The notes under the pieces: model-generated
The model's input: only the letters and a program-made list of their open reading frames with translations
What the model was told of the DNA's origin: nothing
Database searches by the model: none
Shown here: positions 1-13,010 of the stretch, one piece after another
How the letters are laid out: each line of letters begins with the position of its first letter
How positions within the stretch are numbered: the stretch's first letter is position 1
NCBI RefSeq assembly: GCF_036321535.1
Contig: NC_087437.1
Location: forward strand, 64,358,001-64,422,000
Direction of reading: 5' to 3'
DNA length: 64,000 nucleotides
Source of the DNA: Camelus dromedarius
Taxonomy: Eukaryota
Made by a program: the position numbers and the translations under genes

Positions 1-1070
1 TATTTTTGAAAAAGCTGTCATCCCACAGAAAGAAGGCAGGTCCTGGCAAAATACTGCCCTCTCAAATATACTGACTCCATGGAAAACTGAATAGAAATAC
101 AAGAATGTAATTCAGAAATCACTCAACAGGTTTGAAAGTTTCAATGTTATAAATTGTTATTTTCAAACAAGGGTCATTTTAATAAAACGTAACCCTGGTA
201 AATAACGGCTGGTGCTGGATTTCCCATCCCATGCCACCACATACACATCTGCCCCAAGACACATGATGTTCTGTGGGATTTGTCATTTCACTTTTAACAA
301 AGTGCTAAATCAGAACGGAATCACATTTTTTCATACAGTATTTAATGCGACTATAAGAAACACTTAGTCACCTTTAATATAATCATTTAAGAGCCTAACA
401 GATGCAACTGTATTTCACAGAAACAAGGATAAGTTTAAGATCGAGACACAAAGTATGCGCTCTGAAGTTGCTGGAAAGCACTTGATCACCATAATTAAGG
501 TGGCCAAAGATCTGACTAATTAAAAATAAGGAGTCATATAAGAAATGGCTTTATTAGAAAAAACGTAGTGTACATGTGGCTAATTTCTATCATTGATATA
601 CCTCTTGGCTATTTTATAATTAAAATCAGAATCAGGGTTTAAACTTCTTTAGAAGTTAGTGGCATTTCTTCCTATTCTGATTGTGACTTAGGGAAGGAGT
701 TATCTTCATGTGATAGACACCCTTTATTTCTTTCCATAATTACAATTAGTCCATCAGTAGTTTAGCACTGGCACAAAACAGAGGGAATTATTTAGGTAGT
801 GCTTTCTGTGTAAGACATCACACTTCTAACCCCAGACTCAGGCACAGGTATGCCACTGACAGTTTTTAAACCCCCCTGTTATCTCTCAAGTCCCATTATT
901 ATTACTTAGTAGTAATTAAATTAATGCAATCATCTGTAACCTAACAAAACCTCTGAATGAAGTTTCTCTCTCCTCCTCTTTTTTCCCTGTTAGATGTGCA
1001 ATTCCAAGCAAATGTGCAGTATGCAGTATTGATTTCCAGTCTCTTTTTAAACTCCGTCAAGTCTGTGCTA
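1..1070 (-). other. SLC49A4: SLC49A4 3' UTR (end point uncertain; may stop near 530 or run past the window edge)
   Basis: Follows the stop codon, AT-rich, no obvious repeats, contains two AATAAA hexamers on the minus strand. Confidence 0.75.
550..555 (-). terminator. Candidate polyadenylation signal AATAAA
   Basis: Plus-strand TTTATT; a UGUA (plus TACA 571-574) lies just upstream in the transcript and a U-rich tract (plus ~520-530) downstream. A second AATAAA is at 723-728. Confidence 0.55.
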
Positions 1071-1186
1071 TTAAACTGAGACAACCACATCAAGATAGAG
1101 TCTGTCATAGGATTCCCTGAAGCACAGAATGAGGAGAAGACTGAGCAAACACGACCCGGGAAGGCACCAGTTGAACCAAGACAACT
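1071..1186 (-). CDS. SLC49A4: SLC49A4 last coding exon 9 (116 bp CDS part): (E)[37 protein letters not shown]
   Basis: Manual translation; CTTACAG acceptor; TAA at 1073-1071 immediately followed by in-frame TAG. Confidence 0.96.
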
Positions 1187-4100
1187 CTGTAAGACAAAAA
1201 CATGCAGTTGTGAGCGTTCATGTGTCACCAGCAGAACACCACCTGTATGGTGGGAGCAACCTGCTCTGCATTCAAAAGCACTTATGATAAATGTGCCCTG
1301 GAAGGCCTGAGAACTGGCTTTCAATAAATAGTGACAACCTGGAGCCTAAGTGATGCAATGTAATATGTTACAGGGCTTTCCTGTGGAATATTTTTAATTG
1401 ATATTTTTTAATGATTTTTTATCAATTTAATTCACCTTGATTTTGGTGGCCAAAAAAAATCTATTCAAAGAAAAAAAAATCAGTCACCTTCAAATGTTAG
1501 TTTGTTAAGTATTTTTAAAGTTCCCTCTGTCAACCATCACTCTTGTCCTTGTTTAGAAATATCTGATGGATTAGAAAGACAAATAAGAAAATCACCTGAA
1601 TTTTGAGGTAACACTTTTATAGTTTTTTTTGGATAGAAACATCTAATTCTCAGCAAAAACATCAAATGGTAATCATTGTATAATAAGTTAAAAAATATAG
1701 AGAGATAAGTAAACATAGAAAATTAATCCTAATTCTAAGACTTCAGAGAAACTACTGTGAATATTTTGGGTTCTCTCTAGTCTTCTTCCTACTAACATAA
1801 TGGTTATGTATGATGCCAATTACCAGGAAATTTACACGTATCATCTAAACAGGCAATTCAAATAATATTGTTTTTGGATTTAATGGAATCAAGAATGTAC
1901 TCCTTTAGGAATTCAGGATTCTCCACCAGCCAATCTGGGCCTCTAGCTACCAAGGTGCACCTGCCGCCCTGCTGACGGTGCTGCCTCTGAGTGCTTCCTC
2001 CGGCTCCGTGGCCATGGAGCTGCGCATCTGTTCAGCCTCCTTCTACCCCAACCCCTCTGTCAGTCCGTCCTGAGGCTTCAGAGCAGAAGTAAGCAGTTTC
2101 CTCACATAAAGAGGTTGGTGGTGGGGAAGAGAGGGTAACTCCTCTTTAATATCCACTTAGCAATTACAATTTTTAAAAAAATGAGGGAAACAGGTTCCCT
2201 GGTACACTTTTTCCTTTGGGTGCTGCTATAAGTTTTTATTTTCCCTGTGCTTCTACAGAATGCTAATACTGCCTTAATCTTCAAAAACCATCCTAAAGAT
2301 TCCCCTGCTGCTGCTGTAGTTTAATCCATAATTCATATGACGAAAAGAGCAATTTATGCTCAGGAATGGAAATCAGAAAACCAACCAGTAAGAAAAGATG
2401 CTGAAATACCTCCCCTCCCCCCATAATATGTTCACAAAAGCAGCCTTTCTACCTCTCAATTTCTACATTTAAAGAGTCAGACATGCTATTCTATAGCATG
2501 GAACAAAGACACATATTTCAATGGTATTTTCATGCAAAGCTGTTTTCTGTGTTTTACTTGGATTGCCTATAATGGAAACACTCAGAAAGGCTGCAACCTC
2601 TGGGATCTTGTCTTTATTCCGATGGTCCTTGACATGACACACCAGGCACTTTCTGCTTTTATATTAACCACAGAGCCTCTGGATTTCTGATGATAATTTT
2701 AACAGGCAAAAAGAAGCGGTGAAAAAAATAGGAAAAGCAGTAAAATAGAGATAACAGCATACTGCTTATATTAAAGGTGAGAGTTTTGACTTCATGGTCG
2801 AATTTTAAGCAATAGCTAAAAGTATTGACAAAGAGGACTACAATGAGGCTGTTTTCTAAATCTTAGAGACTGTATTTCAGGGGAGTTAGAACAACACACA
2901 TATAGCAACAGTCAACTTGTCCTAGAAATTAGTCAAATATTGCCAACGCAGACCTTTATTTCATCAGAGCTGTAAAACTATTCCTTCTACCTGGGTTCAG
3001 ATGAAATCTCTAAAAATATCTCAAGATTGTTCTTCAGCGTCATGGTTTGTTGGCTGGTTTTCACGACTGTGCCTCTCTGAAAAGTCAGATCCACCTTTCA
3101 GTAAGTTAACTTGGCTCAATCAACTACCAGTGTTTTTTGAAATTATTTGCCTTTTCAGAAAACAAAAGGTCAGAGACGGAACCTCACTGCATTTCCTCAC
3201 TGAAAACCATTCACATAAAGCACAGCTAAGGTGCTCTAACACGTATGAAATGGCTGGTTTAAAAGTTCAATTTGACTTAGCAGAAGCAAAGTCAACTGCA
3301 GTCCCTTTGCAGCCCAGTGTCACATGACATAATTAAACCAACAGTCTTGATCCATCGAAATTTTCTTTGTATCTTTTAAAGTGAGCAGTTTTCCAACATT
3401 CCTTCCCTCTGCCATTCACTAGAGAAAATACACATCCGTACTCCAAGGCTCCACAATGCACCCCTACACTTCTCCAGATCATCTCCTGAGGACTGCCGAT
3501 TCACAGTGAGACAGGGGCTGTCCTGCACTCAGGGCTCTGCACCCAGTGGTGAGGCTCTGCTGGGGCTGAACTAACTAGGATGGAGCACTTTTGCTTTTCA
3601 CCTCATCTCTCCCTGCAGTGATGCCATGCTTTTGGCTCTACCACCTTCAAGTATATGTCTGGTTCCAGACACCACCCTCCAGAACCAACCTTCTACTTTC
3701 TTTGGTGATTTAACCACAATTACGGTAATTTAACAAAGTTGTCTCCATTTCCTCTCAAGAGAAGCCAGATGACACCACAATTTCACCATGTAATGCCCTG
3801 CTCCCTTTATTCCACATTAATTACCCAACAGCTTTGACCATCACATTGCATTATTTTACTTCTTAGATACAAAATTACTTCTCACTAGTCCACATCTGTT
3901 GAACCTGTTCTCCTGGTAAGCACTGGTCAGTGCCTCCTTCCTCAGCACACAGTGCAGCCTCAAATTCATGGTCGGCTACTTCAGTATGAAAGGACTGAGG
4001 TAAAAACCTTTAATGTTTTTAGCCAAAACCTGCTGCAAACCTTCTAGAACAACAAAAGACAATAACAAACTACAGAACAAGCTACAAACTATAAATTAGA

Positions 4101-7100
4101 ACATCAGAATACATTTCAGAGCATATAAGGAATATAACAGCATTCCCAAATTGATTTTGTATGTGAGGTTATTAGAATAAAGCATCACAGTGCTGTCTGA
4201 AATAACTCGCTGAGATTTGAAAAGCAAACATTACGAGAAGCAACTCAGTTTTGCAAATATGCTTATATTAAGGAGCAAGTAACTTTTTGGGAAAGTGATC
4301 TTGAAAAACCCAAGTCAGAAAAACTCCAAGAAATTTCTAACGCAGTCCCAGGTTCCCAAAGCAGAATCAATACAGAACATGGGGAACCCTGTGACCTGGG
4401 GCTCCAAATAAGCCCGTGGCGGCAGAGAAGCCTGTGGGACATTCGCCGTCAGTGGTCATGATCTGCAAGCAGATCACCAGTGGAGCCTATCTTGCTAGGC
4501 AAGGCACTCTGATGTGGCCATTGTGGGGTTAGCCTGCCCCGCCCCGAAAAGCTGTATCTGATAGTCATCTACCAGGCAGCACATGGTGGGGAGATAAAAA
4601 CTCTAGTTGGGAAGTGATCTAAAAAAACCACAGACCTTTATGATGATTAAAAATCAAGTCTTCCAATCATGTAACTAACAGTTGAATTTTGATCTAACTT
4701 CTGGGTGAGTGTTTCAAGTTTAAAATGACTGAATTATGACATTCGGACACTGGCTCTAATGGCAGAGGATTCAATTTTTCATATAAGATGTTTAGCACAC
4801 TGTATGCTGTGGAACTAAAAGCTATTTTTAGGAAATAATTCTACAGAATTTTCAGATCTGTAATTTACGTGTCATCATACCTCAGCTATAAGGAATGTAG
4901 ACTTCTGCTACAGGACTTTTGGGGCGGAATCAATTAATCATAAGTGAAAGAATCTCAATAGAGTAACTTTTTAGTCTTAGAGGGACATGGGGTGTGTTTG
5001 TGTGTATTCACTATACACACTGACAAATAAGCATATAAAAGCATTTCTTTAAAATAGAAGCCTAAATATTTAAATTCCTAATATCAATCAGCTAATTATC
5101 CAGAAGAAAAGAAAACATTTGGTAAGTACCATTTCTGCCCTGGTCTAAGATAAATTTCACATTTATCTTCTCATTAACACTAAAAGGTCAAAATGTACTG
5201 AGATTTTTTTTTTGTCCTGAAAATCATCCTGTTCTATTAAGATTTTTAAAGTTTTATTTTTCACAATAATCATGGAGTTTAGGTAGAAGTCTTTAACATC
5301 TACAAAGATATGTGTAAGAACACGTGATCAGAAACCAATCCAAAAAGAGGGAAGCTTTTTCTCCCCCAGCGAGATAAATCCTTGATTACATCAGTGGGAT
5401 AGGAATTAGCAGAAATGATGCTAAGTGTTTCTTCTGCTCTCTATGCCAAAGAAACAAAAATATCTGCTTGTATCTGGTCACTACAAATCTGCAAAATGAG
5501 GAGTTAGCACTGACTGATGTCAGTTCCAGCTGTTCCTGTCAGGCACCAGTCTGCTGGACAAATCAGAAGCTGCCTCTGGACCAGGAGAGTGACAGAGATA
5601 CTCTGCCGGCCGAGCACAATGAACAGGAGTACACTGGGCTCCTCCACAGTCAGACAGTGTAGGAGTAGTTTCTGCCTTAAACTGATCTATAAATACATGC
5701 TTGTTATATTCTAGAGGCCACATGCAAGAAGTTTACTGGAGGATAACATTACCTGGCATCTACTATTGGTTTTAAATGCTGGGAAGACAAAATGATTTCT
5801 CTCCAGACAGAAGAAATCATGTTCAGCCAAGGTTCAAGGACCACTCAGCCCACCTGTGTCCATAAGCAGGAAAAATGTGTCTACTGTTGCCCATAGGGGC
5901 AACAGCCACCTCTGATACTTTACCAGGGAAAAGAGAGGCACTGAGCCTCCTAATTTCAACTGTGACAAAGCTGACGTGGATTAAAGGTGATAATGTAATA
6001 ACCGTTAGATGATTTTGTTTAGAAAACTAATTGTGTCAAAGACCTTACTCTGACACCTGGCGATGGCATCTTCCCTAAAAGAAACACACGTTTCCAGGAG
6101 GACAGTGCAGAGTGGTCTGACTTCATCAACATCGTACTCCTTTGACAATATTACTCCCTTTCACAGGCTAAAGCAAACATTAGGTTTAGCGAAGTTGAAA
6201 CCTCCTCTACCTGCATTACTGGTCGATAGAAATGATCCAGTTTGTTGTTACTTATATTAAGAAACTAATGTATCATTCGGATACTCTTTGCTGTTAGGTG
6301 AAAATGCTATGCCAAAGGCTGCACAAAAGTCAGAGAGATTCTGTCTCATCAGCTTTGAAAGTTTTAAAAATTTATTTTCCACTCAAGGAAGTTACCATGG
6401 CTATTATTTCAATTATAAGTCTGCCAGGATTCCTATAAACAATTAGGTCTCTTCGAGTGCTATATTTTAGAGCATTTCTTACATTTGAGTCTTACAAATA
6501 ATACTCTTCCATGTACAAATTATCCAAATTTACTGGTATTTGATGAGTAGTTAGGAAAACAACAACCAGGAAAAAAAAAGGTAGTAACATTCAGCTTAAG
6601 ATAAAATAAAATGGGCTATAAATCTAGCAGAAATTAATAAAAGCTTTATATTTAAGACTCACGAGTATAAAATAAAAATAAAAAGTACAGAAGTATAAAA
6701 TAAGTCTAAATCCTTATTTTAACATGCAAAAAAAAGAAGCCTAGATAATTGTGCCCCAATTTTCTAAAATAGACAGATTTGGACCGCAGAAAAGACAGTA
6801 TCAAAGAAAAGCAAACAACTGTGCCAAACAGAGCCACTAGAAACCCGTGGACCTCAGCACCAGCAGCGCTGGCCTTCAACACACCCAGCAGTCTCCCCAG
6901 CTGTCCGTGGAGCATCTCCCTCCACCTCCTCAAAGGCTGGTTTACTCGTGTCTCCTTAAGCCCTTTTTCCACTGTCTTCCCACCAACTCTTCATAGAGGA
7001 ACTGGCTGCTAAGCAGAAAGTTGGCGCCCTCTAGAAGGAACTCCCTCAACAACCTGCTCAGCAGAGGCCTCTGCTTCTCTGCCCATGCACACTGCCTTCT

Positions 7101-7235
7101 CTCCACCTCCTTTCCTCCAAGGCTAATGCTGCTACTTGGGTTAGGACTCCATCCCTTCCTCTTTTGTAAGGACCTCCTCCTTCTTCAAAGGTATACCCCT
7201 GTGTTCTAACTTCAACCTTCCTCTCACTCTGTACC

Positions 7236-7419
7236 TGTACTGACCAATTCAATAGCCACTAGCCACATGTAACTATTTAAATTTAAATCAATTAAAATGA
7301 AATAAAATTTAAAAATCCAGTTTCCTAACTGCACTAGCTTCATGGGGCTAGCGGCTCCTGTGTTGGACAGTGCAGATAAAGAGCATCTCCATTATAAAAT
7401 GTTCCACTGGACAGAGCTG
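7236..7419. mobile_element. MER3-like hAT-Charlie MITE
   Basis: TAGCCACTAGCCACATGT, AT-rich core, and TGGACAGAGCTG end; opposite orientation to the 28768 copy. Confidence 0.75.
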
Positions 7420-7611
7420 TCCTATACATGCCATCCACTCCCTGGGTGACCTCTCATTCATCACCAAAGCTTTAAAACACATACATGAGGAAAAATGATA
7501 TCCTATTTAGATACCTAATACATATCTCCTAACACATAGGTGACTCCTAACCTTAATTTCTACCTTATACTAAGACAATAGATTCTAAGTACTTTTTTAA
7601 AAAGCAAGGTA

Positions 7612-7745
7612 CCAGTGGTTTGCATATTAGAATCACCTGGGGGGCTTTTAAAACTAGACATGCTGGGCCCCAGTCCAGATTAACTAAATCAGAAACTCTA
7701 GAAGTGTGAGGGTGCATCAGATCAGGCTGGGATGCATTTCAAGAA
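7612..7745. mobile_element. MER5-like hAT-Charlie fragment
   Basis: CAGTGGTT...TTAGAATCACCTGGGG...TAAATCAGAAACTCT motifs. Confidence 0.65.
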
Positions 7746-7878
7746 AAGCAACTGATGATATTTTCTTTTATTGGCATGTAAAAGCTCAAAGTAATCTGCC
7801 TTAGTGAGAATTCTCCATATAAATTCCTTATACATCAGTGCCACATTTAGATAGTAAATAAAAAGTTAAATTTCTTAC

Positions 7879-8061
7879 CTGTGTGATAAAATGTGAGAAA
7901 AAACAAAAGTACTCCCATGAACATATTACTTAAAAAAGTGACAACTCCGCAAGTAATTCCTTCTGGAACTGGATAGACAGTTTCCACAAAAAGCTCAAAA
8001 AATATAGGTATGCTGCTGTTCAGGAACACTCCCAGGAGAATACAGGAGGCGTACAATGTCA
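7879..8061 (-). CDS. SLC49A4: SLC49A4 coding exon 8 (183 bp, symmetric phase 1-1): (V)[60 protein letters not shown]
   Basis: Overlaps ORF 7847..8062; ETVYPVPEG family motif; TTTTAG acceptor, GTAAGA donor. Confidence 0.97.
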
Positions 8062-10269
8062 CTAAAATGAAAACACAAACATTTTAGTTTCACGGTAGCA
8101 GCAGTGAATCGTATCAGACCTACTGGGTGTTCTCTTTCATTAAGTATCAACTCTGGAATTTCATCTCGTCTCAATGGTAGTAATTTCACACATCTGTCAG
8201 CTCTTTGCTCAGGTTTTGTGAAGGAGATAGAAAAAGGTTCTGTTGCTGGATGATTACCAGTTTATTTGCTTTATCTTTTTGGTGGATTTATTCCAAAGCA
8301 CAGAAACAATTTTACCACTATAATGTAATTAAAAGGATTCTCTCCCCTTAGTCATAGTCCTGGCATATAGAGAGATAAAATATAGCAACTTAATTCAAAA
8401 TCTAGACTCATTCTATAATTTTAATGAGAACTAAAATAAAAAAAAAAGATGTAAGAAACATTGTTACTGAAAATTATATATTTTTAGACTGATTAGTAAC
8501 AGTACAAGTACAAAATAAAAATTATCCAGTATGTAATCCCTGGAGAAACACTTAATACAGACTTAGTCCTCAATTTTGGAATAAGTTTCTTGTCAACAGT
8601 TTTTAAAAAAATATGTAACATTTTTGGAGCATAGAAAAAAATTTCACCTAGAGATATATAATTAATAGTGGCTAGGATCCCAGATTAGCCAATAAATAGC
8701 CTAATTACCATAGTGAAATCTTTGAATAAAGACATTATTGTTATTCTTAGAAAAATGTTTAAAAAAAAAAAGAAAAATGTTTAGAGAAATGCACCCCATT
8801 TCAAATAATTATATCAGTGATACTGTTTACACACAAACCTTCATTAATTTTAATTTGAAAGTGAGAACAGAATGAGGAAAAAATGATATCCTATTTAGAA
8901 ACCTAACACATATCCCCTTAGACTAGTAAGCATATTATACCCACTGATGATAATGAACAGCACCTATTCTAGACTTAAGGTTACCAGGAAAATATTTTTA
9001 ATAAAAATATTTGTTAAGGAAAAAAAAAGTTTCTGTATAGGAACTGCAGAAAGTGAGGGAACTAGCCTAAATCTGTTATGTATTATCCATAGAACGTATC
9101 AAATTACCACAGTTTACCTTAACTGATTGCAAACATTAACAGTCCTAAAAACAGTATCCACTGTTTTCTAATAGAATTTCTCCAATTAATCTCAACTCCC
9201 ACTTCTCCAATTACACTAGCCTTTCAGGATTATAAAATATTTATCGTATTCCAGTACCACAAATAGCTAGCGCGCACTCTGACGTTCTCTGAGGAGAAGA
9301 CACGTACAGAAACAGACAACAAAAGGACAACAGTGAGTGAAGAGCACTCAGCTGGCTAAAGCAGTGACCGAACTATTCACAGGAGTAAACGGGAGCATCT
9401 GATAGTTATAATAAATACCATTTAAAACAGGAAACAATTTTCAAGAGATTCTTAAAAACAAAACCAAACCCATTACCTCATGCTCATTGTATATCTGCTG
9501 GACATACGTCATGCAGATCAACTTAACACATTCTGCTTACACATGACTTTAGTGGTACATGTGGAAATCTAGGGAGGGACTATCACTGGTACCTTACAGA
9601 CTATTCTATCCACAAAACACTTCATACTGACTTACTGGTCAGTCAGGGTAACCAGAACAGAGATGGCTACTGACCCAAAACAGAGGAACCTAGGGGTTTA
9701 AGACAAGAAAACACTGAAATAAATGACAACAAAAAGCAAACTCTTAAGAACCAAGTGCTACTTCTAAGTAAGAATTCACAACAAATCACTGATGGAATTA
9801 GCTGCTTTTAGGAAATACGTTTGGAAATAATCCTTTTTTTATATTTCTGAAGGAAATAAACCCTCACATGTAATTTATAATCAAGAAAATTAAAATGTAA
9901 TAATCGAAAAGTAATCAAAATCTGTATTTAAAGTTGTAAAATAAAGAATAAGGTAAGGATGAGGACATACTGAAAGGGGACTGTTTACTGAAAAGAGATT
10001 TGAAAAGAGTCTTGAAAAGAGATTTGATTTTTATCAAGCACATTATAAAAAAAAAAAAAAAAGAAAGACATGGGATGTCTCAGAAGAGCAGAGCCCAGTG
10101 AAGCAGGGGGCCCTGTGTGAAAATCCCTCAAGACAATGCAATTCCCTTGGCTTCATTTCATTTTCCTTAAAAATCTTCTAATTTTGGTTTCCTATGTATC
10201 TAAATTCTCGGAAGGGAAGAGGAAATCTTTGTCACTGGAAAGATAAAATTTCTATTGTGGTTAAACATT

Positions 10270-10820
10270 GTTGATGGAACTGTGGCTAGTCCATCTTCTG
10301 GTGGGTAATTTGGGAATGTCTATCAAAATAAATAATGTACTTACTCTTTGACCCAGCAATTCCATTTCTAGGAATTTATCCTACAGCTATGCAGGTACAA
10401 GTATATACAGAACACTCACTGCAATATTGTTTGCAGTGTGAAAAGATTAAAAACGATTTAAGTGTCCACAAAGGTATATATATCATACAACCATTAAAAA
10501 TGAAGCATTTCTGTATGTGCTGATATTACTGACATCAACGATATATAAGTGAAAACGTACAGAAAAGTGTGTTAAAGGACACACAAAGACAGACAGGCAG
10601 ACAGACAGACACATACACACATACACACACGCACCTGTTGTAAATGTATAGAATTCTCTGGGAAATACCCAAGAAACTGACATACAGGGTTGCCTCTAGA
10701 GAGAGAAATTGGGGGCCATGGGAGGGTAGACATTTTTTATTGTACACTCTTTCCCTACTATTGGAATTTAGTTTTTACTATGTGTAACTCTTACCTATTT
10801 AACAAAATAAAAAAAGAGAA
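10270..10820 (+). mobile_element. Ancient L1ME/MC-type 3' end with an embedded (GACA)n/(CA)n microsatellite at ~10578-10633
   Basis: TTTGACCCAGCAATTCCATTTCTAGGAATTTATCCTA motif; A-rich end. Confidence 0.7.
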
Positions 10821-12239
10821 ATGGCACTATAAACTAATGAATTGGCAGCTGATCCAATGCTACTTCAAACAGGTTTGTTAGTTCCCTGACTCAGAAATGA
10901 TTATCACTGGGGGAGCTGACCCACACATCTGATGTCCACACCCAGCAGCCATATAACCCAGCCTTGGTCCAGGATCCTCGACATAAATATTCCCACTTCA
11001 TTTATTAGAATTCCTATTATACGCAGGATAAGTGGGCTGAGACTGCTGATATAACTTCCAGAGGCCAGAAATCAAAAATCAAGAATTTTCATTTAATTCT
11101 CTCACTCTTGGTGTTTGCTTCTTGTATTACATAAAAATGATGACCAGGAGTTTTATTTTACACTGGTTGGGTATGTTGAAATCACCTGTTACTGCAGAAA
11201 CTAAAGAATCAGAATAATTTACATAGGAAAGGGTTAAATTAAGATCTTCATAATCAGAATGGGGAAAGGAATCTGTGTCAGGAATGATTTAATATTTTCC
11301 CCAGTGTTCTGGGACATGCATAAAGTAAAAGCTGATAATTATGAGTCTGAACTTGACTTCTGTTTGAATTTTCAGTTTAGAGTCTGATACAGTACCTTTA
11401 CACACTGGTTTGGCAGATCCAGTGGGTGAATGTCATCTATTAAAAGTCAGGCAGACAAGATAATTTCCTGCTCGTCAGAGAGGGTTCAAACTACACGATC
11501 ATTAAATATTTCCATGACTTTCTATAGTACTGATACTAAAATTAAAACAGACTGCATTTCGATTAAAAAGTCAAGGTAATTTAGCAGAATAAACACAATG
11601 CTGGTGAGAATTTTTTTCAAAGAAGCTAATAAAATTTCATAGGCCCATAATTTAAATTGCAAAAGACAAAGTCCTGTGTACTACAAAATATAGTTACAAT
11701 GGATGTATTTCAAGAATATGAATTGGAAGAACTCCTCCCTCCACCCCTGCTTCCAGCGACAAACCAAGTTACTAAACTTTAGGGAAATAAAACTATGTAT
11801 GAATACATTCTTATTAATCAAAACACTCAAACCTTAGGTGATCAGCAGTTATAAAACAAATCACAAAATTTCGGAGAACTATCTCTATTCAACATTTAAT
11901 GAGATTCTCAAGATATCATCAATAACAATAACGATTTCAAATCTTGGATTTATATCACTTAAAAATGACTTTTAAACTATTTTTAAATATATTATCATAT
12001 TTGATCACACTATCAACTCTTCGAGGCAGGTAAAGCAAGAAGTGACTGAAGTTCTGAAAGTCAAAATGACTTAAGAAGAAACAATGTAAATTGGCAATGC
12101 TAATCGGCAATGCTAATGACAATACAGTTAAGGCCTGCAGAACCTAGCATGTTTTCCACCAAGCCACTGTGTCAGACTGCAGAAAAATTTATTTCTCTTA
12201 TTCAATGGTATTGACACAAAAGGCACGCTTCTCAAATCT

Positions 12240-13010
12240 GTATTCCACATAAAAGCTGGAAGTGACTGCACATGAGACAGATAACAGAACAAGAAACAGC
12301 ACCAAAAGGTTACAAATAAAAAGATGAACTTTAATCATGATAAATGTAAAATGTGTACAAGAATTATTGCTTAGGTATACAATAGGGAAAACTTAGCTTT
12401 AAGTTCTTTCTTCAAAGCCATTTATCAAGAGCCTCTTACATGCAAGCAGCCATGCTGGCACAGTAAACAGGACACGCTCTACCCTCCAATCACTCCTAAT
12501 CTAAAGAAATATGAGGGATGCTAGTTGGCTCAGCAGCCATTTACACACACAGTGTTAAAAAGATAATTTTACTTCATTCTCTCTTAAAAAAAAATCAAAA
12601 CAACCAGAAAGCTATGTCTAATCAAGAGAAGCCACGGCCTCCCAGCATTAGGTGCCAAGTGCAAGAGAGAAAGTGCTAAATTCTAGTATTACTGTGGACT
12701 CTGACAAGCTATGGTGGGTTTAGAAGAGAGTGAATCCAAGTTTGATGAGGAAAGGTTTTGAGAACCAGGGGATGTTTAGATTAATGGCTAAGTCCACACA
12801 TGACCAATATCTTCAAATGTTTGGAGGGCTGTCAATGGAAGAGGAAGGGAGCCAACTTGCTCAGTGGGAGCTGTCTTGCTCCAGATCTGAAGAAATTTCC
12901 CAGGACCTGGAGCTGACTAACAAGGGAGGTTTTCATTTAAGTTGTGGAAATGTGAACATATATCTGGATTGTAATGGAAGAGATTCATTTATTGAATCAT
13001 AAGTTCTATC
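12240..13010 (+). mobile_element. CR1/L3 LINE remnants
   Basis: GATGAACTTTAATCATGATAAATGTAAA and GGGATGTTTAG...TCTTCAAATGTTTGGAGGGCTGTCA...GAAGAGG motifs. Confidence 0.5.

Larger units (their letters stand above)
7485..8918 (+). repeat. Dispersed direct repeat pair (~46 bp; 7485-7530 and 8872-8918) bracketing exon 8
   Basis: Direct alignment: 3 substitutions plus a 1-nt indel in an A run. Confidence 0.9.

Noticed and set aside
941..1324. 127-aa minus-strand ORF over the last exon
   Set aside because: Alternative frame spanning intron, exon 9 and UTR; the real frame ends at TAA 1071-1073.
8990..9012. AT-only inverted repeat AAATATTTTTA-A-TAAAAATATTT
   Set aside because: Low complexity; plausible by chance in AT-rich intron.
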